Assembly (NCBI RefSeq): GCF_006345805.1
Contig: NC_043012.1
Location: 41,106,001 to 41,170,000, forward strand
DNA from: Octopus sinensis
Taxonomy: Eukaryota
Direction: 5' to 3'
Length of the DNA stretch: 64,000 nucleotides
The notes beneath the pieces are model-generated. The model searched no databases. It worked only from the letters and a program-made list of their open reading frames with translations, and was not told the origin of the DNA. Position numbers and translations under genes: made by a program. How positions within the stretch are numbered: the stretch's first letter is position 1; every line of letters begins with the position of its first letter. Below, one piece after another: positions 27,958 to 42,487 of this stretch.

Positions 27958-28026
<69 letters not shown>

Positions 28027-28057
28027 CTCACTCTCTCTCTCTCTCTCTCTCTCTATC

Positions 28058-28091
<34 letters not shown>

Positions 28092-28139
28092 ATATATACA
28101 TGTACGTACATATATATATATATATATGTATACATGTAC

Positions 28140-28195
<56 letters not shown>

Positions 28196-28317
28196 TTCGG
28201 TTAAATAATTGAGATTCTAGTGAATTCTAAAGAATTCACATGAATATGGTCCTTAACTAGGATGCACCGGAAATCTATATGGTGTTAACCATACGACAAG
28301 TGGGGTGATTACAAATA

Positions 28318-29613
28318 GGAAAAAAGCAACAAGAATGGATGAAAATCTCGGTACGATCGTTTCGTACGAGGACATCTGTAATAAGCTACAAAAAATGCAG
28401 TGAATACAGATGGCTCGTACTCGTCAGCCGAAAAAACATCAGAGAATTCCCAAACATCAAAAGGGTTAGATACAAAAGAGGTTGTAAGATTAGCTGCATT
28501 GAAGAAAGTTCGATTCATGGAGATCTGATGAAAGGTTTTAAACCTATAGAATTTATGCATGTCTACATATAGCTCATATTGAATATTTGATCAAGTTGTG
28601 TGAAGAAATTTTCGGATATAGTCATGCAAAATTTCTGAAAATCCGATGAAAAAGTCTTGAACTTACAAAATATGTGTATGTCCTTATAGTTCATAATCCA
28701 GTTTTGTGGAGAGATTTAGAGTACAATCATGCGAAAAATACCCCATTTTTCTTTCCTTTCTAATGACCTCTTTGTAACCTGACAATCTATTAATAGTAAC
28801 ATTTATAAATAAAGAAATAAATTGTTGACTTCAGTTCGAATTTGGTTCTAAACAAACTTAGACTGTTTTGTTAGTATCATCTTGTGCCCATCCCCTTAGC
28901 TTCCCCTTTCCTTTCTCTTTGACAGCTTAAATAGCAGTAACTGATTAAATTTCTACCTCCTTCCTCCAATTTCTGTGATTCTTGAAAATTTCATTAACAA
29001 CCTGAACCGCTACAATATAAGACTGTCATTTTGCTTCTCATTCGGATTCCCTGATATTTTTCGCATGATTGTACCCTAAATCTCTCCACAAAACTGGATT
29101 ATGAACTATAAGGACATACACATATTTTGTAAGTTCAAGACTTTTTCATCGGATCTCCAAAAAAATCGAACTTATCTGCGATTCTTGTAAATTTCAATAA
29201 CAATCTGTTCCTCTACACGACATGACAGTCACTATGTTTTTACTCAGACTTTCCTCTACATGATGTGCCAGTCACTTTGCCTCTTATTCGGATTTTCAGA
29301 AATTTTGCATGACTATATCCGAAAATTTCTTCACACAACTTGATCAAATATTCAATATGAGCTATATGTAGACATGCATAAATTCTATAGGTTTAAAACC
29401 TTTCATCGGATCTCCATGAATCGAACTTTCTTCAATGCAGCTAATCTTACAACCTCTTTTGTATCTACCCCTTTTGATGTTTGGGAATTCTCTGATGTTT
29501 TTTCGACTGACGAGTACGAGCCATCTGTATTCACTGCATTTTTGTAGCTTATTAAAGATGTCCTCGTACGAAACGATCGTACCGAGATTTTAATCCATTC
29601 TTGTTGCTTTTTT

Positions 29614-29615
<2 letters not shown>
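28318..29615. mobile_element. 1.3-kb foldback element (long TIRs, TA flanks); MITE or foldback-like
   Basis: Left arm about 28318-28741 is mirrored by about 29056-29148 plus 29288-29615, with an extra about 140-bp block in the right arm; ends TA|GGAAAAAAGC...GCTTTTTTCC|TA. Confidence 0.8.
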
Positions 29616-29669
<54 letters not shown>

Positions 29670-29711
29670 ATATATAATATATTATGTATGTATATATATA
29701 TATAATATATA

Positions 29712-29790
<79 letters not shown>

Positions 29791-29886
29791 ATATATAGGC
29801 ACCTCGGGAAGTGTCTTCTATTATAACCGCGGGCGACCAAAGTCTTTTGAGTGCATTTGGTAGACGAAAATTGAAAGAGCCCGTCG

Positions 29887-29929
<43 letters not shown>

Positions 29930-29971
29930 TTATATATATATATATATATAATAAATATATATATATATCAT

Positions 29972-30003
<32 letters not shown>

Positions 30004-30054
30004 ATAATATATATAATATATATATATAATATTATATAGTATATATATATATAT

Positions 30055-30094
<40 letters not shown>

Positions 30095-30448
30095 TATATA
30101 TACATACATATATATATATATAAATATAATACACAACTTCATTTTGAGATTGCTAGTGTTAACAAAACTCGCAAATAATTTCGGGGGATTTTAATATGTT
30201 TTTTAATCTTTTATCATCCCAAATTTTTTATTATACCTATGTTTTATAACTTTTAAATGTAAATTCCCTGTGTTTTATGTATAACACCGATTTTTATCGC
30301 TTTATATATATTTTATATTCATATATTTGGAATTTATATATATTCGTTTTGTAAGAATATATGAATGTATGTATGTATTTGATTTTCGAGCGTGGATCTT
30401 AATTATGTTCCTCTAGTTTCCGCTTACATTGCCTCCGTTGAAATTAAG

Positions 30449-30491
<43 letters not shown>

Positions 30492-30653
30492 ACAAGGATA
30501 TCCAGAGGTAATGCAGTACGATCGTTTCAGGCGACTCCTTTTAAATGGATCTTTAGAAATGGTAGAGGGGTGTTTCTATATAATCACCCCATTTTGATTA
30601 TATGGATAATACCATACTAAATTCTGGTACCATTTTCATCTCAATCTAAATTT

Positions 30654-30694
<41 letters not shown>

Positions 30695-32008
30695 TATGTG
30701 TATATCTACATAAAAAATATGTGTGTGTCTCTGTGTGAGTGTGTGCGTGTATGTGAATGTGTATCTGTGTGAACGTATAGGCATAGATATTAGTGTGTGT
30801 TAGGTTGACAATAATGAGGTCGTGTTTTCTTTTCCGGCAACAGACATCAGTTTAAGTCCAAAGCCTTTCATTGTATGTTGCACCAGTCGACCTGGATGAA
30901 AATAAGCACCAAGGTTAAAGAATGGGGTTTCTCAAGTGGAGAAAAAGGAAATCTCTAGAGAAAATCATTTAAACAAAATTTTAATCTAATTGATATACAC
31001 AGGGGAGTGGGAGGAGAATGAATTTGATGTGTGGTAGCCTACGTCACAACTCCTGAGATATTTCTGTCTAAGAGAACTTCTTGGAGAAACGTAAATCACT
31101 TAATGGTTGCTAATGAATTACAATGGCTAATAATGTTTTGTGCGATAACATTTGTTGATTACTCAAGTTCAAATAATGACATTAAAAAATCTATTGCTGA
31201 GAAAACTTGAATTAAGAGCAGCTTACAGTACTTAACGGAGTGAGCTGAAAAAGTGTTTTATTATATATAATAATATAGCTTATGTTATTAACCTAACGGA
31301 GAAAATCTTCAGCTTTAATGAAAACTTGTTACGCACAAAATACTATTTCTATTCGATGTTCTGATGTCTTCGTAGCTGTGAGTTGAACATGTTTGTCTAA
31401 GAAGATCCAGTAAGAATTTATCGCTATAACTGCCGAAGATCATAGCTATTCCTCGTGTAGGTCTCCATTAAAATTGATTTTTGGTTATTGGGACTGTCAC
31501 AGATTTTCTCCCTTATCTCCTGTGAGAAGAAATTTTTATTAACGCAAAAAATATTTTTGTCATTAATGTCACGTAATTAATAGAATTATTTTCAGGTCAC
31601 CGTGTCTATTATGGTAGTTTGGCGTAGCTAATGATTGTCTGGTCACTGACAAACTTTGCATATCGCTTATGTATTATTAAACACGACGAATATGAAATGT
31701 TTTTCTCTATCATCTCCATAGTTCAATACCTGTTCGATTGTCAGTAATTCATCAATTAATTTCGGAAAAGAAGCCATAAAATATATGATCAGATCTCGTG
31801 ATTTTAAAGATTTATCTGCGTGTTAAGCCGAAACTTTTAAACTTCACTTGCTATCAACATTAATCTTTGAATCTCACTTTGAACCCATTATTTATCAGGT
31901 TTTTTTTCCAAGAACAGCTTCATATAACTCGCATCAAACAAATTTCCTTTTTAGGAAATCGATAATGCCTCCTAAGCAGTAACTTAACTCTCTCTATATA
32001 TGAGAGGA

Positions 32009-32222
32009 CCAATCGAAGAAGTTCTACAGCGCCTATGGCCTTTTTCAGGGTCTTTAGAAATGGTAGAAGGGTGTTTCTATATGTATCAAGTGGCCAATCG
32101 GAGAAAGATGTACAGAGCCTATGGCCTTTTTAAGGACCTCTTGAAAAGGTAAAGGGGCGTTCATCTATATATCGACGAACCAATTGGAGGATGTGCAGAG
32201 CCTTTGGACTTTTGGGGGCCCC
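32009..32222 (+). repeat. Degenerate tandem repeat, about 85-bp period, about 2.5 units
   Basis: Units start at CCAAT (32009, 32094, 32180) and share cagagcctatggcctttt; a related segment lies at 30547-30580. Confidence 0.65.
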
Positions 32223-32523
32223 TAGCTTATTGCTCTCATGATTCCACTACTCTGTCACGCAACTTACACTATATGACGACACAAAAGACGCGCGGACATA
32301 TTAGACGCTCTCCAATTTCATCAGTGAATATTCAGGAAAAATATTTTCGTGCTCAACTTTGCTTATAGGACCCGGGGTGATTGCTTTGAGACATTCTGAC
32401 AGTTTTTTGAAAAAGGGTTGCGTCTTATATGTCATCAAGTACGGTTGTTATTTCTCGACCTCTCGTCACCCTTGTTGTGTTCACTGCCTCACCACGCTAT
32501 GTTAGCCAGTAAACTTACTCTCC

Positions 32524-32643
<120 letters not shown>

Positions 32644-34715
32644 GTACATACATATATATATACGCAAGCATATTTATATAAACACACATACACACACATA
32701 TATATGTAAGTATATATATATGTATGTATATATGTATGTATACACGTTTGTGTATGCTTGAGAGCATGTATGTAAATCACAGCACAAACATCTATACCAT
32801 AGACATCTCACCCCCATGATGTTATCCATTTCTTCCAGAAACGGGGGGAGTGTTGAGATTAGGCCTAACAACCTCTTTTCAGCTGACATTTTACAAAAAC
32901 CCATTGAAAGAAACTATAAAACATGGCGGACATGAACGGGATGGAACATGAGACAGCGGCTTAAAAACCAATATAGTGGAGAATAATCGTACTTAATTCA
33001 TTTTCTTGGATGCTATTCCTAATTTGGTCAAATTTTCTTTTAATCCAGCAAATATCGATAAAGTGAATCCAATAAATCTACGAATCGAATCATTGAACTG
33101 TCCAATCTAAAACTATCATTTTACAAAACACACAAAAAAGATAATAATATTCGCTTACATTTTTCTTTTAATTCCTACTTGTTAAGGATTGATTCTGGGG
33201 GCGGAATATCGTATTTTGCCATACAAGGGGACACAGAATTGAGCGGAATATCGTTTTCTTCCATAGAAGGGGGCATAAAATTGGAGGCTGCGTAGCTGAA
33301 TATATTTCAAACGAACTTTAATAAATATTCGTGCATTAATCCGAAAGTTTCTACTTATATTTAAGTCCTTATATCTCAATGATCTAATTCAATATTATTC
33401 AAGTAATTTTTTTGGTAAAAGGCCAATTTCTGTATATGTTATATAAAGGTATGGAGTAAAAAAAAAATAGAGAATAAAATACAACGTTAAATTGATTACA
33501 TAAATAATTGCTTAATTTCAGAATAGAAGAAATAATCTTTTAAATTTAGGTGATTCTGTAACTGATTTCTAAAGTTAAGCTTTAAGAGAAAATCGGAAGC
33601 AATAAATTCGATATAAAAGCGATTTACTAGAAGCTGGAAACATAATCTTTTTTTTTTACGTGTGTGGTAAATATTTATTTATAAAGTAATCGGCTTTAAA
33701 ATAATGTCTTGCACGAAAATCTAATTTTTGTTTTCCAATAGAAATGATTGATTTCCAAACTTTACATATACCCCCACCCACAAGAAACACTAACAGATAG
33801 ATTCAAATGCTAAAATTAATGAAGTTTGCTTTTGTTATATGTACATTAATATAAATTATTTATTTATATAGTATTTTCTGTTATAAATGACTATTTTAAT
33901 GTCAAAAACGGTTATTTACATATTATTTTCGCTTTTTTAAGCTTGATATCCAATTTTATAGAACATGGAGCCTTGAGAATGCTGGGATACAATCATAATT
34001 TTCACTGATAACACTGACAAAACCAGCGTCAGTGGAATGGTTGCATGACTCGAGAAGCGAATTAAAATTATTAATATTCTGTCAAACAAACTACCATTCG
34101 TTATGAAATAATGTCATCCAAGAAGATGTTTTCTCAAATGCCAGTCATTCTTTAGGAAGTAAATGGAAGGGTTAATATTGTAACAATGGCCAGCGATTTG
34201 AAATGGAATTCTGGGAAAATATAAAATAAAAAAGATTGATATTCTTCTTGAGCAATAAAATGATAAGAAACTATATTTATAGGGGGAAAAAATGACTAAA
34301 TATGGCAGTTTCTACACGAGACCTAGTGTCGACAGAATTCGGAAAATATTTGTGCACAATGAGCAAGCGTTCACAGCACGACGTGTCTTTTACCTTAATC
34401 TCGGATCGATCAAGTCTTCGGGAATGAAATTTGGTAGATGGAAACTGTATGGAAACCTGTCGGACCATTCCTATTTTGGGGGTTCTAGAATTAATCCATT
34501 GCTAGTAATAATACCATCAACGGGCTCTTAACTGCTTTTAGTGGAATCTTCTTAGTTGCAATTAATCTGGTCAGGTATTTTTCATTTTACTGTCAATTTC
34601 AGAGCCCCTTAAAGGAATCGCTATTCTTTCTCTTTTTGCGAAAACTTTAAAATAAAATTACGGAGAAGTACTTGCATAGCAAGTGACCTGATCTGAGATC
34701 GTGTGCTGAAACAAA

Positions 34716-34985
34716 ACAATTACAGGATGGAAGGTGTTTATTAGCCATTTAAAAATACACAAAAGCCGTTCGATTTACTTCAACATTTAATTTGCCAAGA
34801 TATTTTCATCGCTTTGAGATCGCGACCTCTTCACTGATAAAATTATGTGCTGCATCTCACTGAATTTTGTCAGTGAACAGGTCGCGGTCTCAAAGCGATG
34901 AAAATATTTTGGCAAATTAAATTTAAACATTGAAGTGCTTTTGTGTTTTTAAATGGCTTATAAACACCTTCCAATCCGTAATTGT
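34716..34985. repeat. Foldback of about 125-bp arms containing variant minimal hammerhead motifs
   Basis: acaattacaggatggaaggtgtttat...ttcactgataaaatt mirrored by aattttgtcagtgaac...ataaacaccttccaatccgtaattgt; about 18-nt loop. Confidence 0.85.
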
Positions 34986-35084
34986 TAAAAATAAAAGCAA
35001 ACAAACAATTCAGCATGCTAAATGCAACCTCGTGAACATGTTAGGTGAATGCTATAAAGCAAAGGTAAAGGTTACATCTTCAAG

Positions 35085-35310
35085 TCAAACTGACTCATAA
35101 GGGTCAGTTTCCATGGCGTGTGAATTCTCCACCTGTAAGGAACACCGATCCATCACTGGATCATTCATTTTTGCCAGCTGACTGGACTGGAAGAACGTGA
35201 AATGAAGTGCTTTGCTCAAGAACACAATTCATCACCCGGTCCAGGAATTGAAACCACCATCTTACGATCATGAGTTCAACACCATAACCACTAAACCACG
35301 CGCCTCCACT
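35085..35310 (-). mobile_element. SINE (family A-related)
   Basis: ctttgctcaagaacaca...ccggtccaggaattgaaacc...ataaccactaaacc is the reverse complement of a tRNA head plus body. Confidence 0.6.
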
Positions 35311-35516
35311 GGGGAATAGCATTGGCACACCTAATGCAGTGTTAGAGGAAGTTGGATCAAGAGACGCAATTTATTTTCTGTGCAAGAGACATAGATTGAT
35401 ATCATTGCTACTTCGGTACCGTTTGGCGAAAGTTTAAGAGAAATGTTACTGGAAAAGACGAAGGGTGTCGATTACCTACGAAGCCGATTATATAAAGAAC
35501 TAGAGTCAACTGTCTA

Positions 35517-35572
<56 letters not shown>

Positions 35573-35742
35573 ACTATCAATTAAAAATATAGAACTTCTT
35601 TGATAAAATCATCAACGATCAAAGTGTCTTTATTGCTTGGAAATCAATTTTTGATATCATATATTCGATTATATTGATTGATTATTTTTTTAACTTTAAT
35701 TACTCAAGAATTCCAATTTTTTCTATATATATATATTTTCAG

Positions 35743-35941
35743 ACTTCTTACCACTTTTGAGACATTGTTTTGGGCTGCCTTTGGAATGGGAAATCCAAAA
35801 GCTCCAAAGTCTACTGGGAAAAGTAACCACTTGGTTGAAACAGTGGGAAATTTAATGTATGGAGTGTATATAATCGGAGCTGTGGTTGTTCTTATTAATA
35901 TGCTTATTGCCATGATGAGCAATACGTTCGAGGAAATACAG
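35743..35941 (+). CDS. TRPC: TRPC exon, pore helix and S6: (R)LLTTFETLFWAAFGMGNPKAPKSTGKSNHLVETVGNLMYGVYIIGAVVVLINMLIAMMSNTFEEIQ
   Basis: ttttcag acceptor and GTAATT donor; 199 nt (phase 2 to 0). Contains the LFW pore motif and the NMLIAMM S6 motif. Confidence 0.95.
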
Positions 35942-36559
35942 GTAATTACTTGCTTTATGTCTTTAAACTTTTAAAGCTTTTAATTAATCTTATTATAATT
36001 CTGCTTGTTCCTTCGTTACTTAGCCCATCCGTAACGCTTCCGCCAAGGAAAGGCGGAGAGCGAAATAAAAACGAGAGAGAAAAAGAGGATAAGGCGCAGA
36101 GTAAGTGATAAAGAGGAAGAGTACTGTGTATTAAGTTTATAAAATTGTGCAAAAATTATATAAAGTGTATATATAAAGTGCATTAAATAACCATGGTATT
36201 TCAGTTTCCTTCACTTTTCAACGATTAGCGAACGAGCGACTATCTTTTGATACAGGCACAACACAGGTTTCACTTTCAGGTTCTTCTGATAACGTTTTCA
36301 GAAATAACTCAGTAAATATACTATTAATTCCATGAAATATTCATGGGTTCCGCCTATATAAATTAGTCTTTCAATTACATATGTGTGCGACATAATGTTA
36401 GGTATAAACATCTTCAGCATAACTTAATATTGAACTTAGAACAGTGAACCTAAATAAATAATTATAACGAAACGAAACTCGCATCCCGTCGGTTACGACG
36501 ACAAGATTCCAGTTGATCCGATCGGCAGAAGATCCAGCTAGTGAAATTAACGTGCAGGT

Positions 36560-36800
36560 GGCTGAGTACACCACAGACACGCTATCTCTTAACGTAGTTC
36601 TCAGGAACACTTAGCGTGACATAGAATATGACACGGTTGGCTCATTGAATTACAGGTACGGCTCATTTTTGCCAGCTGAGTGGACTGGCATAACGAGAAA
36701 TAAAGTGTCTTGCTCAAGGACAGAACGAACTGCCGGGATTCGAACTCAAGGTATCACGATCAGGAACTGAATACCTTAACCACTTAACAACGTGCCTTCA
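36560..36800 (-). mobile_element. SINE (family A-related)
   Basis: gccagctgagtggactgg...tcttgctcaagga...gggattcgaactc...cttaaccact. Confidence 0.6.
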
Positions 36801-37324
36801 CAATTACGACGAAATATTAAGAGTTCGTAACGTTATCGATTGGCAGAGTATGAAGAGGCAGAGAGCGTTCATCAGTCTGGAAGATTAAATGTAGAACAAA
36901 TGTATTCAATTTTGCTACCTAATTTATTCAGAGGCTAACTAGAAGTTACACTCTCCATTCAAACACTTTATTCTGTGTACTTGTTTCAAAACTTAGTTTA
37001 AAAACATTTTTTAAAACTCATTCCACTTTAAAAGCGTTTAAAAGTATCACTATAGTGTTTAAATTATATATTGTGTGTCATGTTATAGATGATACATACA
37101 TATATATAAAAAGCCATTTTAAAATTAAGAAGTGAGTATGATTACAGCTGTTTCAGTATATCAATTTGTATTTAACTCGTTGCAATTGATAGACATCATC
37201 CGAAAGATTATATGACAAAGATAAATAGAAGGAACATAGAGAGAAAATATGAGGAAGAGAAAGGAAAAAAGGATACATCTATCCATTGGTTAGATGGTTA
37301 GATTACCTCTAACTAATATCTTAC

Positions 37325-37423
<99 letters not shown>

Positions 37424-37694
37424 GACTAGAAGAATATATAGTGACTATATATATATAAAATTGCAGCGGGGAATTTTGCCAGTGAAAAGGTTGTGGTTTC
37501 AAATCGACGAAAATATTTTGACACAAATTATATTTTGAAGTGAATGTAACGGTCTTTGTTTGTTTTTAAAAGGCTTATATATAGAGACTATATAAATAAA
37601 TGTACTTATATATACATTTATACTAAGTCTCCGACTGTAGAGACTAGAACCAACGAAAGAATCTCCAGTCTGTTGTTGCACTAAATTACTTTGA

Positions 37695-37862
<168 letters not shown>

Positions 37863-37946
37863 GTCTGTCTATCTATCTATGTATCTACCTATTTCTCTTG
37901 TAGCATTCTCTCGTCGAATTTCGCCCTCGCCAGAGTATTTTCATAA

Positions 37947-38261
<315 letters not shown>

Positions 38262-38375
38262 TGAGTTTAACATTCCACCGCGCTAAATGTTGTCTTTCGT
38301 CGTTTCAGATGAGCACCGGAATCGCACCATCCTCACCCAAAATTTCAGGCCTTGTTCCTACACTAAAAAAGATTA

Positions 38376-38422
<47 letters not shown>

Positions 38423-38454
38423 TCCGTCAATCCAATCATCTCTCTTTCTCTCAA

Positions 38455-38960
38455 TCTCTACTTGTATGTATGTATGTATGTGTGTATGTATGTATGCATA
38501 CATGTATGTATGTATGTATGTATGTATGTATGTATGTATGTATGTATGTATGTATGTATGTATGTATGCATGTATGTATGTATGTATGCATGTATGTATG
38601 TATGTATGTATAGTTGCACTTATATATGCATGTATAGATGCACTTATGTATGTATGTATGGATGTATGTGTGTATGTATGTATGCATACATGTATGTATG
38701 TATGTGTGTATGTATGCATGTATGTATGTATGTATGTATGTATGCATGTATGTATGTATGTATAGTTGCACTTATATATGTATGTATGTATGTATAGATG
38801 CACTTATGTATGTATGTGTGTATGTATGTATGCATGCATGTATGTATGTACGTATGTATGTATGTATGTACGTATGTATGTATGTATGTATGTATGTATG
38901 TATGTGTGTATGTATGTATGTATGTATGTATGTGTGTATGTATGTATGTATGTATGTATG
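38455..38960. repeat. (TATG)n microsatellite with a repeated atagttgcacttat...atagatgcacttat interruption
   Basis: Tetranucleotide tract; the interruption block occurs at about 38611 and about 38762. Confidence 0.9.
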
Positions 38961-39362
38961 CTTGTTCGACGTTATAGTTCAATATAGTTTCCTACAATAC
39001 ATGAAAAGCCGCAGTTGTAATCCCTCATCCGGTTTAACATCACTGTTTGATCGTTAGATTAGTTTAGCGTTGGAGGAGTAAACACATTGTTGTAAGGACA
39101 TATAGACAGGTCAGGAGTTTCCGTTCTCCTTCCTTCCCACCAATCTTAGAAGCCCAGTAAAGGATCGTGTCTCATACACTTCCTTACAGAGTAACCGACG
39201 TAAAAAATTTATACGTCATAGTACTGGTGCATATAGTTTAGTAGGATACAGTGTAGATATGATGGTGGAGTTGAGAAGAGAATCAATACCGTAATGTGCA
39301 AAATCATGTTGAGAAAGATATTCGAATATATATTTATATAGAATTGTTTCCTCTCGTTTCAG

Positions 39363-39419
39363 ATGCATTCAGGAGAAGAGCCAACGTCACCTAGTACAAT
39401 TATAGACTATGAATACAAG
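39363..39419 (+). CDS. TRPC: TRPC small exon MHSGEEPTSPSTIIDYEYK
   Basis: ctctcgtttcag acceptor and GTAGGT donor; 57 nt (phase 0 to 0), in frame with both neighbours. YEYK joined to STLRKVVLRY resembles the TRPC rib-helix start. Confidence 0.7.
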
Positions 39420-39574
39420 GTAGGTGTCATTCTAAACTCATCATGAAAAATGCACCGATAAGGGCGTCTATGTATGTATGCAAATATATAGAGGTGTTGT
39501 GTGTGTGTGTGTATCATATACATATATATATTATGTATACATATATATATATATATACCCTTTACATATATATA

Positions 39575-39625
<51 letters not shown>

Positions 39626-39645
39626 CTATACATATATATATATAT

Positions 39646-39992
39646 GTAAAGGGTAAGACCCCCTTCGGTCATGAATGAGCATGGGATTGCCCCTAGAAAG
39701 TACCCTCCTAGACACAAGTCCGGGCAAAGTTGTTTATGGAAGACCAGCAGTCGCCCATGCATACCAGCCTCCCCTCTCCACGCCGGCACCAGTGTTATCC
39801 AAGGGAAAGACAATGGTCGATACAGCTTGGCACCAGTGACGTCGCAACTCATTTCTACGCTGAGTGAACTGGAGCAACGTGAAATAAAGTGCTTTGCTCA
39901 AGAACACAACACGCAGCCCGGTCCGGGATTCGAGCTCACAACCTCACGATCGTAAGCTCGACGCTCTAACCACTGAGCCATGCGCCTTCACT
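39646..39992 (-). mobile_element. Full-length young tRNA-derived SINE (family A)
   Basis: Reverse complement nearly identical to 16972-17297. Confidence 0.85.
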
Positions 39993-40136
39993 ATGTATAC
40001 ATATGTATACATATAGATTATATATATTATATTATATATATATATATATAATATATATATATACTATATAGTATATATAATATATATATATATATATTAT
40101 ATAATATATATATATATCTATATAATATATATATAT

Positions 40137-40173
<37 letters not shown>

Positions 40174-40202
40174 ACATATATATATATATCTATATATAAT
40201 TT

Positions 40203-40243
<41 letters not shown>

Positions 40244-40270
40244 ATATATATATATATATATATAATAATT

Positions 40271-40307
<37 letters not shown>

Positions 40308-40310
40308 TTA

Positions 40311-40341
<31 letters not shown>

Positions 40342-40630
40342 GATACCATAGATATTATGATATATATATATTATATAGATATATAGATAATTATACATAT
40401 ATATATGATACATATAATATCTATATATAATATATATATTTAATAAATAAAATATATGCTACATATATTATATGTAATACCCTACATCTACATGTAATAA
40501 TACCTGCATAATATATATATATATATATATTACTCCTGTTTTTTTTCGTTGTTAAAAAAAGTCCGTTTCCATGTTTGTGTTTTATGTTTTCGTTTCCCGT
40601 TAAGTTCTACGTCTATTTGTGGTGTCTTTA

Positions 40631-40669
<39 letters not shown>

Positions 40670-41019
40670 TATATATATCATGTATATATACCATGTCAGA
40701 TGTAGGTACGTACATATATGTATGTATGCATATATTTTATTTATTAAATTATTGTATGACTGAGCGCCATCGCGTCGTTCCGTTTCCTTTCTTTTCTCCA
40801 AGTAAGTTTATATATATATATATATATATGTACGCATATAGTTATGGATCCATGTATATAAAAACACATATGCAAGAATAGATATCTATATATGTATATA
40901 CATACAGGCGTGTGCAAAAGTAGGTATACCGTTGCTTAATGTGATTGGAATGTTCTTTTCACTCTTATTCTAAAACAATAAACAGACAGACGTGGAAAGA
41001 ACATCCCACACATATTCAC

Positions 41020-41215
41020 TTCAAATGCTGGCACAAGGCCAGAAGTTTCGAGCGTAGGCGTAAGTCGATTATATCGACCCCGGTGCCCAACTAGAAATTA
41101 TTTTATCAACCCAAAAAGAATGAAAGGCAAAGTCGATCTTGGCAGAATTCGAACTCAGAGCGTAAGAACAGACGGAATGCCACGAAGCTTTTCTCGAACT
41201 TGCTGCCTTAAACAT
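41020..41215 (-). mobile_element. SINE (family B)
   Basis: gtcgattatatcgacccc...aaaggcaaagtcgatcttggcagaattcgaactcagagcgt. Confidence 0.65.
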
Positions 41216-41474
41216 TCCACTCGTATTAAACAAGTGCGTATCTGCTTTGTGTATATATATATATATATATATAAATTAGAAAAAAAACACCTTTTATCAA
41301 TTCAAAGTGAACAATTAAATTACACCATCTAGAAAATTACATATAATAGAAATATTAAAAAGAAAATAACAATAATATACCGATGATTAAGTAAATTGCA
41401 AATATATATGTATATATATATATATATATACATATGTGTATATATATATATATATATTATATGTTGTGTGGTAT

Positions 41475-41525
<51 letters not shown>

Positions 41526-42160
41526 AATGAATCGTTAACATTCAAATTGGAATATTTCTTACATCTGATATTATTGCGCCACACTGTAGAATGGTTTTGT
41601 GTCCATCAGTCGTATCTTGCTGGCTTCGATCCACTTAAACGGGATTTGAAGATATTTCAATTTTTATATGGCATATAACGTTGATTATTCAACGCAATAC
41701 GAAAAAAGAGTTAAAAGAAAAACACAAAAACTAACAACAAAAAATGACGACCTCACACAATCGTTTGAGGATCGGAAAATGCTTCGTTGTATTTCATCTT
41801 CGTCTTTAAGTTCTGAGTTCTAACCCCACCAGGGTCGACTTTACATTTCAACTCCCTGAGGTCGTTAGAAAACAGTATTATTCCAGTTCTGGTTTTAATG
41901 GTGTCCACTAACATCCTCTACGCAAAACTGCCTTCCACGTTCTTAATTTAGAAACTATTTAATTAATGTATTATCAATGGAATTATAATACAACTTATTT
42001 TCTCATTAATGTCTGTTCTGTCAGGTAAGCAGAAGTTCTCATCTACAGACAAATGTTGGAACTAGTTGAAACTTGCTATTTCTTACTTTTAAAAACCCAT
42101 TATTTGTCGTTTAGTTTTGGACTTCATGTTTGTTTACTAAATGCTAGGAAAAACTTTGTT

Positions 42161-42217
<57 letters not shown>

Positions 42218-42277
42218 TATACATATATATATATAATATATATAATATATATATCTATATATATATATATAATATAC

Positions 42278-42317
<40 letters not shown>

Positions 42318-42396
42318 TACATATATATATATATATAATATATATATACATATACATATCTATATATATATATATATATATATATACTATACATAT

Positions 42397-42451
<55 letters not shown>

Positions 42452-42455
42452 ATAG

Positions 42456-42487
<32 letters not shown>

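Noticed and set aside
28524-28560. Hammerhead candidate in the 1.3-kb foldback arm (CTGATGAAAGGTTTTAAACCT)
   Set aside because: The hairpin is followed by ATAGAAT rather than GAAA, and no stem I or III can be formed.
38309-38348. Possible TRPC exon after tttcag (MSTGIAPSSPKIS)
   Set aside because: No good donor follows, the upstream sequence is a degraded SINE, and the exon chain is already in phase without it.
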